Source: Burkholderiales bacterium
GTDB lineage: Bacteria; Pseudomonadota; Gammaproteobacteria; Burkholderiales; Casimicrobiaceae
Assembly (NCBI GenBank): GCA_046347845.1
Contig: JAXMFH010000006.1
Span: 48,482 to 112,481, forward strand
Length of the DNA stretch: 64,000 bases
Direction: 5' to 3'
In this document: positions 1-9,369 of the stretch, in pieces
How the letters are laid out: each line of letters begins with the position of its first letter
Numbering within the stretch: the first letter of the stretch is position 1
Position numbers and translations under genes: made by a program
The notes under the pieces: generated by a model
The model's database searches: none
What the model was told of the DNA's origin: nothing
Seen by the model: only the letters and a program-made list of their open reading frames with translations

Positions 1-465
1 CTGCAGGAGGCCAAGTGGCTCATCCGCAACGTGCAGCAGCGGTTCGAGACGATCCTCAGGGTCTCGCAGGCGATCGTCGAGCGCCAGCGCCGCTTCTTCG
101 AGCACGGCGAGGTCGCGATGCGCCCGATGGTGCTGCGCGAGATCGCCGACATGCTGAGCCTGCACGAGTCGACGATCTCGCGCGTGACGACGCAGAAGTA
201 CATGCTGACGCCGCGCGGGACCTACGAGCTCAAGTACTTCTTCGGCAGCCACGTCGCGACCGACACCGGCGGCGCGGCGTCCGCCACCGCGATCCGCGCG
301 CTCATCCGGCAGCTGATCGGCGCCGAGGATCCGAAGGCGCCGCTGACCGACAGCAAGATCGCGGAGGTGCTGGGCGAGCAGGGCATCCTGGTCGCCCGCC
401 GCACCGTCGCGAAGTACCGGGAGGCGCTGTCGATCCCTCCCGTCAACCTGCGCAAGTCGCTCTAG
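1..465 (+). CDS. rpoN: RNA polymerase sigma-54 factor RpoN, C-terminal fragment (5' end lies outside the window)
   Basis: Frame is open from nt 1. Translation [19 protein letters not shown]...[14 protein letters not shown] carries the sigma-54 HTH and the RpoN box (ARRTVAKYR). It is followed by hpf-ptsN-hprK-rapZ. Confidence 0.9.
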   Translation: MQEAKWLIRNVQQRFETILRVSQAIVERQRRFFEHGEVAMRPMVLREIADMLSLHESTISRVTTQKYMLTPRGTYELKYFFGSHVATDTGGAASATAIRALIRQLIGAEDPKAPLTDSKIAEVLGEQGILVARRTVAKYREALSIPPVNLRKSL

Positions 466-522
466 CGGGACGCCCCGCCCCGGCGACGAGCGCGCGAAAC
501 GAGCCGTCCGGAAGGAGTCCGC

Positions 523-858
523 ATGAACTTGAACCTCACCGGCAACCACCTCGAGATCACGCCCGCGATCCGCGACTACGTCGTCGCGAAGCTCGACCGC
601 GTCACGCGGCACTTCGACCACGTGATCGACGTCAACGTCGTGCTGTCGGTGGACAAGCTTCGACAGAAGGTCGAGGTCAACCTGCACATGCGGGGCAAGG
701 ACATCCACGCGGAGGCGGTCGAGCCCGACATGTACGCCGCGATCGACGCGATCGCCGACAAGCTCGACCGCCAGGTGCTGAAGGCGAAGGAGAAGCGCCA
801 GCCCGACCGGCACGAGGGCGCCGCGGCCAAGCGCGACCCCTCCGCGTGGGCGCCCTGA
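523..858 (+). CDS. hpf: ribosome hibernation promoting factor (sigma-54 modulation protein family)
   Basis: MNLNLTGNHLEITPAIRDYV...MYAAIDAIADKLDRQ is a typical HPF/YhbH sequence, in the conserved position after rpoN. Confidence 0.9.
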   Translation: MNLNLTGNHLEITPAIRDYVVAKLDRVTRHFDHVIDVNVVLSVDKLRQKVEVNLHMRGKDIHAEAVEPDMYAAIDAIADKLDRQVLKAKEKRQPDRHEGAAAKRDPSAWAP

Positions 859-960
859 CCGTGGAGGCCGCCGCGGCCGTGTAGAATCGCCGGCCGGCCC
901 GAACGCCGGCGCCGGCGGACCGTCGCGTCGCAGGGGTCCGCCGACCGCGTTTCGAAGCCC

Positions 961-1422
961 ATGAACCGCATCGCCGAGCTGCTCTCCCCTTCCCACGTCG
1001 CCGTCGGCGTCGACGCCGCGAGCAAGCGCGACCTGTTCGCGTTCGTCGCCGGCATGTTCGAGGCGAGCGGCGGCATCGCGCGCGCGGCGATCGTCGACGC
1101 GCTGACCGCGCGCGAGAAGCTGGGCTCGACCGGCCTGGGCCAGGGCATCGCGATCCCGCACGGCCGGATCCGCGGCCTCAAGGACGCGCGCGGCGCGTTC
1201 GTCCGCCTCGCGCAGCCTATCTCGTTCGACGCGCCGGACGGGCGCCCGGTCAGCCAGGTGTTCGTGCTGCTCGTCCCCGAGCAGGCGACCGAGCGGCACC
1301 TCGAGCTCCTCTCGGAGCTCGCGCAGATGTTCAGCGAACGCAGCTTCCGGGAACGCCTCGCGGCGGCGCCGGACGCGGCCGCCGCCTGGTCGGCGATCCG
1401 GGACTGGGCGCCCGTCGCCTGA
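961..1422 (+). CDS. ptsN: nitrogen-PTS EIIA-Ntr protein PtsN
   Basis: PTS EIIA type-2 domain with the phosphorylatable His motif GIAIPHGR. Synteny with rpoN-hpf. Confidence 0.9.
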   Translation: MNRIAELLSPSHVAVGVDAASKRDLFAFVAGMFEASGGIARAAIVDALTAREKLGSTGLGQGIAIPHGRIRGLKDARGAFVRLAQPISFDAPDGRPVSQVFVLLVPEQATERHLELLSELAQMFSERSFRERLAAAPDAAAAWSAIRDWAPVA

Positions 1423-1436
1423 CGCGCGCGGGCCCG

Positions 1437-2408
1437 ATGGCGACCGACACGCACCTCCGCCAAGTCAGCGTCGAGCGGCTGGTGCTCGACAACCAGGAGC
1501 GCCTGGGCCTGCGCTGGGTCGCCGGGCGCGACGGCGGCAACCGCGTGCTCACCGGCGAGGCGGCGCTCAAGCCGACGGTGGGCCAGGTCGGCCACATGAA
1601 CTTCATCCACCCGTTCCGCGTGCAGCTCCTGGGCGCCGCGGAGATCGCGTACCTGAGGGGGCTGTCCGCCGGCGAGCTCGACGCGGCGATCGGGCGCCTG
1701 TTCGACGGCGATCTCGTCGCGATCGTCGTCGCGAACGGCGAGGAAGTGCCGCCGAACCTCGCCAGGAGCTGCGATGCGCACCACGTCCCGCTCCTGACCT
1801 CTTCGCAGCCCTCGCCGCACGTCGTCGACGTCTTCCGCCTCTACCTGTCGCGGGTGCTCGCCGAGTCGACGACGCTGCACGGCGTGTTCCTCGACGTGCT
1901 CGAGATGGGCGTGCTGATCACCGGCGCCTCCGCGATCGGCAAGAGCGAGCTCGCGCTCGAGCTCATCTCGCGCGGCAACGGGCTCGTCGCCGACGACATC
2001 GTCGAGCTCTACCGGATCTCGCCGGACACCGTCGAAGGCCGCTGCCCGCCGGTGCTGCGCGACTTCCTCGAGGTCCGCGGCATCGGCGTGCTCAACATCC
2101 GGACGATCTTCGGCGAGACCGCGGTGCGGCCGCGCAAGCTCCTCAAGCTGATCGTCCACCTCGAGGACCACAGCCACGAGGCGTTCTCCGACCTCGACCG
2201 GCTCAAGGTCGAGGCGAACTTCCAGGAGGTGCTCGGCGTGCCGGTGCGGCGGGTCACGATTCCCGTCGCGGCCGGCCGGAACCTGGCGGTGCTCGTCGAG
2301 GCGGCGGTCCGCAACTTCGTGCTGAACCAGCGCGGCATCGACAGCACGCTCGAGTTCATCGAGCGGCAGCAGAAGCTGATGGACGACCAGGGATCGGGCG
2401 TGGCCTGA
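1437..2408 (+). CDS. hprK: HPr kinase/phosphorylase
   Basis: Walker A GASAIGKSE, then LVADD and EVRGIG motifs typical of HprK. Confidence 0.9.
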   Translation: MATDTHLRQVSVERLVLDNQERLGLRWVAGRDGGNRVLTGEAALKPTVGQVGHMNFIHPFRVQLLGAAEIAYLRGLSAGELDAAIGRLFDGDLVAIVVANGEEVPPNLARSCDAHHVPLLTSSQPSPHVVDVFRLYLSRVLAESTTLHGVFLDVLEMGVLITGASAIGKSELALELISRGNGLVADDIVELYRISPDTVEGRCPPVLRDFLEVRGIGVLNIRTIFGETAVRPRKLLKLIVHLEDHSHEAFSDLDRLKVEANFQEVLGVPVRRVTIPVAAGRNLAVLVEAAVRNFVLNQRGIDSTLEFIERQQKLMDDQGSGVA

Positions 2409-2409
2409 A

Positions 2410-2635
2410 CAGGAATCAGGCATCGGAGGACAGGGATCAGAGCGGCGGCGAGAGGCGGAGCGCCGATGGGCGCGAACGATCGCGCGGTCGAGTCGAGTAG
2501 AAGGCGTTTCCGGCGCTCGAGGGCGGCGACCGGAGTCGCGTGTGTCTGATTGCTGACACCGGCGCTCGATGCGCCGCCACCGGAAACGCCGACGACGCTG
2601 ATACCTGTCCTCCGATTCCTGATTCCTGATTCCTG
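2410..2635. repeat. MITE-like hairpin element, family B copy 1 (GGAATCA variant)
   Basis: Left arm 2410-2434 CAGGAATCAGGCATCGGAGGACAGG. Right arm 2604-2628 is its reverse complement with 1 mismatch, followed by an extra heptamer ATTCCTG. It fills the gap between the hprK TGA (2406-2408) and the rapZ ATG (2638). No ORF inside. Confidence 0.8.
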
Positions 2636-2637
2636 AA

Positions 2638-3477
2638 ATGGACCTCGTCCTCATCGGCGGCGTGTCCGGCTCCGGCAAGAGCGTGGCGCTCGCCGCGCTC
2701 GAGGACGCCGGCTACGACACGATCGGCAACCTGCCCGTCGCGTGGGTGGTGCCGACGGTCGACCACCTGGCGCGGTCGGGACGCGCCTCGCGCATCGCGA
2801 TCGCGCTCGACGCCAAGGGCGGCCCGGGGCTGCCCGGCATCGGCGCGACGATCGGCGAGCTCAAGTCGCGCGGCTTCGACGTGCGCTTCGTGTTCCTCGA
2901 CGCCAAGGTCGAGACCCTGGTCAAGCGGTTCTCCGAGACGCGGCGCCGGCACCCGTTCTCGAGCGAGGAGCGCACGCTGGTCGAGGCGATCGACCACGAG
3001 CGCGGCCAGCTCGCCGAGGCGCGGCTGCTCGGCACCGTCGTCGACACGAGCGACCTCCCGGCGGCGGCGCTGCGCAACTGGATCAAGGACTTCGTGAGCG
3101 TCGACGCGACGAAGCTCACGCTGCTGTTCGAGTCCTTCGGCTACAAGCACGGCGTGCCGCTCGACGCCGACCTCGTGTTCGACGTGCGCTGCCTCGCCAA
3201 CCCGCACTACGAGCCCGAGCTCGCCCCGCAGACCGGCAGGGACCCCGGGGTCGTCGCGTTCCTCGAGGCGCTGCCCGAGGTCGAGCGCATGTACGGCGAC
3301 ATCTACCACTTCGTCGCGAGCTGGCTGCCCGACTACGCGCGGGACAACCGCAACTACCTGACCGTCGCGATCGGCTGCACGGGCGGGCGCCACCGTTCCG
3401 TCTATCTGGTCGAGCGGCTCGCGCGCGCGTTCGCGCCGCGCCACCAGGTGCTGCGGCGCCATCGCGAGCTCGCGTGA
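2638..3477 (+). CDS. rapZ: RNase adapter protein RapZ (YhbJ)
   Basis: N-terminal P-loop GGVSGSGKS, a C-terminal CTGGRHRS-like motif (GCTGGRHRS), and conserved rpoN-cluster position. Confidence 0.9.
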   Translation: MDLVLIGGVSGSGKSVALAALEDAGYDTIGNLPVAWVVPTVDHLARSGRASRIAIALDAKGGPGLPGIGATIGELKSRGFDVRFVFLDAKVETLVKRFSETRRRHPFSSEERTLVEAIDHERGQLAEARLLGTVVDTSDLPAAALRNWIKDFVSVDATKLTLLFESFGYKHGVPLDADLVFDVRCLANPHYEPELAPQTGRDPGVVAFLEALPEVERMYGDIYHFVASWLPDYARDNRNYLTVAIGCTGGRHRSVYLVERLARAFAPRHQVLRRHRELA

Positions 3478-3550
3478 TCGACCGCCCAGCGGACGGCGCC
3501 AGGCATCGGCACGGCGCTTGCTCGTTCCCCGCATCCGCTACCATCGCCCG

Positions 3551-4189
3551 ATGCCCGGCCCCCGCACCGTCACGCTCGCCCTGACCGGCGCCTCCGGCAT
3601 GCCCTACGGGCTCAGGCTGCTCGAGGGCCTGCTGGCGGCGGGAACGACCGTGGGGCTCGTCTGCTCGCCGGCGGCCCGGATCGTCGCGAAGCAGGAGTGC
3701 GACCTCGTGTTCCCGTCGCAGCCGCGCGAGGCGGCGCGCTGGTTCTCGGAGCGCTACGGCGCGAAGCCGGGGCAACTCTCGGTGTTCGGGCACGACGACT
3801 GGATGGCGCCGGTCGCGTCCGGATCCGCGCCGGCGGACGCGATGGCCGTGTGCCCGTGCACGATGGGCGCGCTCGCCGCCATCGCGAACGGCCTGGCCGA
3901 CAACCTGATCGAGCGCGCGGCGGACGTCGCGCTGAAGGAGCGGCGGCCGCTCGTGCTCGTCCCGCGCGAGACGCCGCTCTCGGCGATCCACCTCGAGAAC
4001 ATGCTGAAGCTCGCGCGCGCCGGCGCGACGATCCTGCCGCCGGTCCCCGGATTCTACGGCCGCCCGTCGGGGGTCGACGACCTCGTCGACTTCGTCGTCG
4101 CGCGCGTGCTCGACCACCTCGGCGTCGCCCACGGCCTGGGCCCGCGCTGGGGCGAGCGGCGCGCGCCGCCCGCCGCGGACGAGGCCTGA
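3551..4189 (+). CDS. ubiX: flavin prenyltransferase UbiX
   Basis: TLALTGASGMPYGLRLLE...LVPRETPLS...ATILPPVPGFY matches the UbiX/Pad1 family. ATG at 3551 chosen within ORF 3518-4189. Confidence 0.85.
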   Translation: MPGPRTVTLALTGASGMPYGLRLLEGLLAAGTTVGLVCSPAARIVAKQECDLVFPSQPREAARWFSERYGAKPGQLSVFGHDDWMAPVASGSAPADAMAVCPCTMGALAAIANGLADNLIERAADVALKERRPLVLVPRETPLSAIHLENMLKLARAGATILPPVPGFYGRPSGVDDLVDFVVARVLDHLGVAHGLGPRWGERRAPPAADEA

Positions 4190-4815
4190 TGCTCGGCGGC
4201 CTGTTCGGGTCCGGGCGCGCGGCGGCGTCGACGATCCCGCTGTTCCCGCTGCGCACCGTGCTGTTCCCGGGCGGCGTGCTGCCGCTCAAGGTCTTCGAGC
4301 AGCGCTACGTCGAGATGACCAAGCGCTGCATGAAGGAAGGCGTCCCGTTCGGCGTCGTGATGATCACGTCGGGCGACGAGGTCGCGACGCGCGGCGAGGC
4401 GCCGACGTTCGCGCCGCTCGGCACGCTCGCGACGATCACCGGCTGGGACATGCCCGAGCTCGGGATCCTGCACCTCGCCACCGAGGGACTGACGCGGTTC
4501 CGCGTGCGGGAGCACCGCGTGCGGCCCGACCGCCTCGTCGTCGCCGACGTCGTCGACATGCCGGCCGAGCCGCGCGTGCCGCTCCCCGCGGAGGCGGAGC
4601 CGCTCGCACGGCTCCTCGAGCTCATCGCCACGCGGGTCGGTCCGCAGAACTTCCCGGCCGAGCGCGACTATGCCGACGCCTCGTGGGTCGGGTACCGGCT
4701 CGCCGAGCTCCTGCCGCTGCCGCTGCCGATCAAGCAGAGCATGCTCGAGATCAACGACGCGGCCGTGCGCCTGCAGGTGCTGCGGACGTTCCTGCAGCAG
4801 CAGGGACTGTTGTAG
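4189..4815 (+). CDS. LON-peptidase N-terminal (substrate-binding) domain protein
   Basis: IPLFPLRTVLFPGGVLPLKVFEQRYVEM is the Lon N-domain signature. The ATG overlaps the ubiX TGA (ATGA). Confidence 0.8.
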   Translation: MLGGLFGSGRAAASTIPLFPLRTVLFPGGVLPLKVFEQRYVEMTKRCMKEGVPFGVVMITSGDEVATRGEAPTFAPLGTLATITGWDMPELGILHLATEGLTRFRVREHRVRPDRLVVADVVDMPAEPRVPLPAEAEPLARLLELIATRVGPQNFPAERDYADASWVGYRLAELLPLPLPIKQSMLEINDAAVRLQVLRTFLQQQGLL

Positions 4816-4974
4816 GCGGAAGGGGATCGGGAAGGGAGATTGGCGCATGCGGCGCGCATTGCCGCCGTTCGACGTTCCATCTCCGGTTTTCCATTCTCGA
4901 TTTTCCATTGACGATCCTCCCTCCCCCGCCCCCGTCTATAATTCCCCCTTCCGCTTCGACCCTCCCGCACCGCC

Positions 4975-5703
4975 ATGGCCGGCCACAGCAAGTGGGCGAA
5001 CATCAAGCACAAGAAGGCCGCCGCCGACGCGAAGCGCGGCAAGATCTTCACGCGCCTCATCAAGGAGATCACCGTGTCCGCGCGGCTCGGCGGCCCCGAC
5101 GCGTCCTCGAACCCGCGCCTGCGCCTCGCGATCGACAAGGCGCGCGACCAGAACATGCCGAAGGACACGATCGACAACGCGATCAAGCGCGGCGCGGGCC
5201 AGCTCGACGGCGTGGCCTACGAGGAGATCCGCTACGAGGGCTACGGGATCAGCGGCGCGGCGGTCATCGTCGACTGCATGACCGACAACCGCACGCGCAC
5301 GGCCGGCGACGTCCGCCACGCGTTCTCGAAGCACGGGGGCAACCTCGGCACCGACGGGTCGGTCGCGTACCTGTTCAAGCACTGCGGGCAGATCGTGTTC
5401 GCCCCCGGCACGAGCGAGGACAAGGTGATGGAGGCGGCGATCGAGGCCGGCGCCGAGGACGTGATCACGAACGACGACGGCAGCATCGAGGTCGTCACCG
5501 GGCCCTACGACTTCATCGCGGTGAAGGACGCGCTCGCGAAGGCCGGCCTGAAGCCCGAGGTCGCGGAAGTCGTGATGAAGCCCTCGAACGAGGTCGAGCT
5601 CGCGGGCGAGGACGCCCAGCGCATGCAGAAGCTGATCGACGCGCTCGAGTCCCTCGACGACGTGCAGGAGGTCTACACGTCGGCCGTCTTCGCCGAGGGT
5701 TGA
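4975..5703 (+). CDS. yebC: YebC/PmpR family DNA-binding transcriptional regulator
   Basis: [32 protein letters not shown] is the invariant YebC N-terminus. Located upstream of ruvC as in many bacteria. Confidence 0.9.
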   Translation: MAGHSKWANIKHKKAAADAKRGKIFTRLIKEITVSARLGGPDASSNPRLRLAIDKARDQNMPKDTIDNAIKRGAGQLDGVAYEEIRYEGYGISGAAVIVDCMTDNRTRTAGDVRHAFSKHGGNLGTDGSVAYLFKHCGQIVFAPGTSEDKVMEAAIEAGAEDVITNDDGSIEVVTGPYDFIAVKDALAKAGLKPEVAEVVMKPSNEVELAGEDAQRMQKLIDALESLDDVQEVYTSAVFAEG

Positions 5704-5716
5704 CGCGGTCCGCGCC

Positions 5717-6265
5717 GTGAGCGCTCCGCAGAGAAGGATCCTCGGCATCGACCCGGGGCTGCGCGTCACCGGGTTCGGCGTCGTCGACGCCTCGCAGGCT
5801 CGCCTCGCCTACGTCGCGAGCGGCGTCGTCCGCACCGGCACCGGCGGCATGCCGGCGCGGCTCGGCGTCATCGTCCGCGATCTCGCGCACGTGATTGCCG
5901 AGCTCGCTCCGGCCGAGGTCGTCGTCGAGCAGGTCTTCGTCAACGTCAACCCGACCTCGACGCTCGCGCTCGGCCAGGCGCGCGGCGCGGCGATCGCCGC
6001 CGCCGTCCTGGCCGGCCTCCCGGTGCACGAGTACACGGCCGGCCAGATCAAGCAGGCGGTCGTGGGCGGGGGCCGTGCCGCGAAGCCGCAGGTGCAGGCG
6101 ATGGTCGCGCGGCTGCTCGACCTGCCCGGCCTGCCGTCGCCCGACGCCGCGGATGCGCTCGCCGCCGCCGTGTGCCACGCGCACGCGACGACCGGCGTGG
6201 GATCGCTCGCCCGCGGCGCGCCGAGGATGCGAGGCGGGCGGATGCTGCGCGTCCTTCCGAGATGA
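5717..6265 (+). CDS. ruvC: crossover junction endodeoxyribonuclease RuvC
   Basis: [17 protein letters not shown]...[11 protein letters not shown]...[11 protein letters not shown] shows the catalytic acidic residues. GTG start. Confidence 0.9.
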   Translation: MSAPQRRILGIDPGLRVTGFGVVDASQARLAYVASGVVRTGTGGMPARLGVIVRDLAHVIAELAPAEVVVEQVFVNVNPTSTLALGQARGAAIAAAVLAGLPVHEYTAGQIKQAVVGGGRAAKPQVQAMVARLLDLPGLPSPDAADALAAAVCHAHATTGVGSLARGAPRMRGGRMLRVLPR

Positions 6266-7137
6266 GCCGGCGCGCCGCGTCGGGGGGAGGCTCGCGCGGC
6301 GAGCTTCGGGGGGGACTCCCCGCGCCCGCCGGGCCGTCCCAAGGGCGCGGCGCCCCCTCGGGGGGAGGCTCGCGCAGCGAGCTTCGGGGGGGACTCCCCG
6401 CGCCCGCCGGGCCGTCCCAAGGGCGCGGCGCCCCCTCGGGGGGAGGCTCGCGCAGCGAGCTTCGGGGGGGACTCCTCCGCCGTCCGGCGGCGCTCGTGCT
6501 CGACATGGACGGCACGCTGCTCGACACCGAGCCTCTCGCCGCGCGGGCGTGGGGCGAGGCGGCGGCCGCGCTCGGCCTCGAGTTCGACCCGGCGCTGCCG
6601 GTCCGCCTGATCGGGCGCGGATTCGCGGACTGCCGCGCGCTGATCGTCGAGCACCACGGCGAGGCCTATCCGACCGACCGCCTGATGTCCGGCTGGCACG
6701 CCGCCTACGACGCGATCGTCGAGCGCGAGGGGCTCGCGCTCAAGCCCGGCGTCGATGCGCTGTTCGCGTGGCTCGACGCCGAGGGGATCGCGCGCGCGGT
6801 CGCGACGTCGACGCGGCGCGAGCGCGCGCTCGCGAAGCTCTCGAAGGTCGCGCTCGCCCCGCGCCTGGACGCGCTGGTCGGCGGCGACGAGATCGCGCGG
6901 GGCAAGCCTGCGCCGGACATCTTCGTCGAGGCCGCCGCGCGGCTCGCCGTCGCGCCGTCGGACTGCGTCGTGCTCGAGGACTCCGACGCCGGCGCGCTCG
7001 GCGCGATCGCCGCGGGCATGGTCCCGATCGTGATCCCGGACCTGAAGCCGCCCTCGCCCGAGGTGCTGCGCTTCGGCCCCCTCGTCGTCGAATCGATCCA
7101 CGACGCGATCGCGCTGCTGGCGGACCTCCCCCGTTAG
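6262..7137 (+). CDS. HAD-superfamily hydrolase (beta-phosphoglucomutase-like phosphatase). The start is uncertain; the alternative is GTG 6496.
   Basis: HAD motif [11 protein letters not shown] and motif IV EDSDAG. ATG 6262 overlaps the ruvC TGA (ATGA) and reads in frame through the 78-bp repeats. The catalytic core begins at about 6496. Confidence 0.6.
   Translation: MSRRAASGGGSRGELRGGLPAPAGPSQGRGAPSGGGSRSELRGGLPAPAGPSQGRGAPSGGGSRSELRGGLLRRPAALVLDMDGTLLDTEPLAARAWGEAAAALGLEFDPALPVRLIGRGFADCRALIVEHHGEAYPTDRLMSGWHAAYDAIVEREGLALKPGVDALFAWLDAEGIARAVATSTRRERALAKLSKVALAPRLDALVGGDEIARGKPAPDIFVEAAARLAVAPSDCVVLEDSDAGALGAIAAGMVPIVIPDLKPPSPEVLRFGPLVVESIHDAIALLADLPR
6281..6476 (+). repeat. family A GC-rich palindromic unit, 2.5 tandem copies of 78 bp
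   Basis: GGAGGCTCGCGC(G/A)GCGAGCTTCGGGGGGGACTCCCCGCGCCCGCCGGGCCGTCCCAAGGGCGCGGCGCCCCCTCGGGG repeats with period 78 (GACTCC at 6314, 6392, 6470). Confidence 0.85.
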
Positions 7138-7198
7138 CGGGTGCGAGGGCCCGGGACCGCGACCGGACGCCCGCCGCGCCGCGGCCGTCGAACGATCG

Positions 7199-7207
7199 TG
7201 CGATAAT
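7199..7207 (+). promoter_or_regulatory. candidate extended -10 (TGcGATAAT) upstream of ruvA
   Basis: An AT-rich hexamer stands out in GC-rich DNA 29 nt upstream of the ruvA ATG. Confidence 0.3.
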
Positions 7208-7235
7208 CGCGCCACCCGACGACCACGCCACGACG

Positions 7236-7817
7236 ATGATCGGCCGCCTCACCGGCACCCTGCTCGAGAAGAACCCGCCGCAGATCCTCGTCGACGTGCA
7301 CGGCGTCGGCTACGAGGTCGACGTGCCGATGAGCACGTTCTACAACCTCCCCGAAGCGGGCGCGAAGGTCACGCTCCACACGCACCTCGTCGTTCGCGAG
7401 GACGCGCACCTGCTCTACGGCTTCCTGACCGAGAACGAGCGCCGCGCGTTCCGGCTGCTGACGCGCATCAGCGGCATCGGCGCGAAGATCGCGCTCGCCG
7501 TGCTCTCGGGGCTGTCCGTCGCGGAGCTCGCGCAGGCGGTGACGATGCAGGAGTCCGGCCGGCTCACCAGGATCCCGGGCATCGGCAAGAAGACGGCCGA
7601 GCGCATCCTGCTCGAGATGAAGGACAGGCTCGGCGCCGACCTCGCCTCCGCCGTCGGCGTGCACCGCGCCGCGCCCGCGTCGTCGGACATCCTGAACGCG
7701 CTCGTCGCGCTGGGCTACAGCGACAAGGAGGCCGTCGCCGCCGTCAAGGAGCTGCCCGACGGGATCGCGGTCGCGGACGGCATCCGGCAGGCGCTGAAGC
7801 GGCTCGCGAAGGCCTGA
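7236..7817 (+). CDS. ruvA: Holliday junction DNA helicase subunit RuvA
   Basis: [35 protein letters not shown], then HhH motifs ([12 protein letters not shown]). Confidence 0.9.
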   Translation: MIGRLTGTLLEKNPPQILVDVHGVGYEVDVPMSTFYNLPEAGAKVTLHTHLVVREDAHLLYGFLTENERRAFRLLTRISGIGAKIALAVLSGLSVAELAQAVTMQESGRLTRIPGIGKKTAERILLEMKDRLGADLASAVGVHRAAPASSDILNALVALGYSDKEAVAAVKELPDGIAVADGIRQALKRLAKA

Positions 7818-7891
7818 CGATGTCGTCGTGGCGCCGGCGTCCCCGCCCTTCCCTCGAGCCGCCGGTCGGCACGCGCGGCCGCGAGTCGGTT

Positions 7892-7897
7892 TAGACT
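7892..7897 (+). promoter_or_regulatory. candidate -10 (TAGACT) 6 nt upstream of the ruvB ATG
   Basis: The only AT-rich hexamer in the ruvA-ruvB gap. The spacing would give a leaderless or near-leaderless transcript. Confidence 0.25.
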
Positions 7898-7903
7898 GCG
7901 CCG

Positions 7904-8956
7904 ATGGCCATCGAGAGCGACGCCTTCCAGCGCGTGGTGACGCCGAAGCCGGCGGACACTCGCGAGGAGGCGATCGAGCGCGCGCTGCGCCCGCGCATGC
8001 TCGACGAGTACGTCGGCCAGGAGAAGATCCGCGGCCAGCTCGCGATCTTCATCGAGGCGGCGCGCAAGCGCGCGGAGTCGCTCGACCACGTCCTCCTGTT
8101 CGGCCCGCCCGGGCTCGGCAAGACGACGCTCTCGCACATCATCGCCCACGAGCTCGGCGTGAACCTCCGGCAGACCTCGGGGCCGGTGCTCGAGCGGCCC
8201 GGCGACCTCGCGGCGCTGCTCACGAACCTCGAGCCCCGCGACGTGCTGTTCATCGACGAGATCCACCGGCTCTCGCCGATCGTCGAGGAGATCCTCTACC
8301 CGGCGCTCGAGGACTTCCAGATCGACATCATGATCGGCGAGGGGCCGGCGGCGCGCAGCGTCAAGCTCGACCTGCCGCCGTTCACGCTCGTCGGCGCCAC
8401 GACGCGCGCGGGCATGCTCACGAACCCGCTGCGCGACCGGTTCGGCATCGTCGCGCGCCTCGAGTTCTACACGCCCGGCGAGCTCACGCGCATCGTCGTG
8501 CGGTCCGCGGCGCTCATGTCGGTGCCGATCGACGGCGAGGGCGCGCTCGAGATCGCGCGCCGCTCGCGGGGCACGCCGCGCATCGCGAACCGGCTCCTGC
8601 GCCGCGTGCGCGACTACGCGGAGGTGCGCGCCGCGGGCCGCGTCGACCGCGCGGTCGCCGACGCCGCGCTCTCGATGCTCGACGTCGACGGAGAGGGACT
8701 CGACGTGATGGACCGCAAGCTGCTCGCCGCCGTCGTGCAGAAGTTCGACGGCGGCCCGGTCGGTGTCGACAGCCTCGCCGCGGCGATCGGCGAGGAGCGC
8801 GAGACGATCGAGGACGTCCTCGAGCCCTACCTGATCCAGCAGGGGTTCCTGCAGCGAACGCCCCGGGGCCGCGTCGCGACCGCGAAGACGTGGCGGCTGC
8901 TCGGGCTCGCGCCGCCGTCGCCGGGGGCCGGCGCCGACCTGTTCCCGGGCGAATGA
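7904..8956 (+). CDS. ruvB: Holliday junction DNA helicase RuvB
   Basis: AAA+ Walker [10 protein letters not shown], Walker B LFIDEIHR, and the full-length RuvB pattern. Confidence 0.95.
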   Translation: MAIESDAFQRVVTPKPADTREEAIERALRPRMLDEYVGQEKIRGQLAIFIEAARKRAESLDHVLLFGPPGLGKTTLSHIIAHELGVNLRQTSGPVLERPGDLAALLTNLEPRDVLFIDEIHRLSPIVEEILYPALEDFQIDIMIGEGPAARSVKLDLPPFTLVGATTRAGMLTNPLRDRFGIVARLEFYTPGELTRIVVRSAALMSVPIDGEGALEIARRSRGTPRIANRLLRRVRDYAEVRAAGRVDRAVADAALSMLDVDGEGLDVMDRKLLAAVVQKFDGGPVGVDSLAAAIGEERETIEDVLEPYLIQQGFLQRTPRGRVATAKTWRLLGLAPPSPGAGADLFPGE

Positions 8957-9369
8957 GCGGGCGCGGCCGACCCTTCGCGTTCCCGGTCCGCGTCTACTAC
9001 GAGGACACCGACGCCGCCGGCGTCGTCTACTACGCGAACTACCTCAGGTTCATGGAGCGCGCCCGCACCGAGTGGCTCGACGCGCATGGAGTGCCCCTCG
9101 CGGAACTCGAGCGCGCGCACGGCGTCGTATTCGTCGTGACGCGGGCCGAGATCGACTTCAGGGGCGCGGCCCGGCTGGGCGACCGGCTCGAGGCCACCGT
9201 CGCGTTCGAGCCGTCCGGGCGCGCGCAGATGGTCGCGCGCCAGAGCGTGCGGCGCGGTGGCGAAGTCCTCGTCGAGGGCGTCGTCCGCCTCGCGTGCCTC
9301 GCGCGCGAAGGCTGGAAGCCCGCGCGCGTCCCCCGCGAGCTCGCCTGCCTGATGGAGAAGCCGACGTGA
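8953..9369 (+). CDS. ybgC: tol-pal associated acyl-CoA thioesterase YbgC
   Basis: [27 protein letters not shown] is the 4HBT hot-dog signature. The ATG overlaps the ruvB TGA, and the gene precedes tolQ. Confidence 0.85.
   Translation: MSGRGRPFAFPVRVYYEDTDAAGVVYYANYLRFMERARTEWLDAHGVPLAELERAHGVVFVVTRAEIDFRGAARLGDRLEATVAFEPSGRAQMVARQSVRRGGEVLVEGVVRLACLAREGWKPARVPRELACLMEKPT

Noticed and set aside
4908-4942. TTGACG ... TATAAT as a canonical sigma-70 promoter for yebC
   Set aside because: The spacer is 23 nt, well outside the 16-18 nt optimum. It is kept only as context for the TTCCAT repeat observation.
5895-7235. Long upstream extension of the ruvA frame (640-aa ORF)
   Set aside because: It overlaps ruvC, the repeat units and the HAD gene in other frames. 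RuvA homology starts at MIGRLTG (7236).
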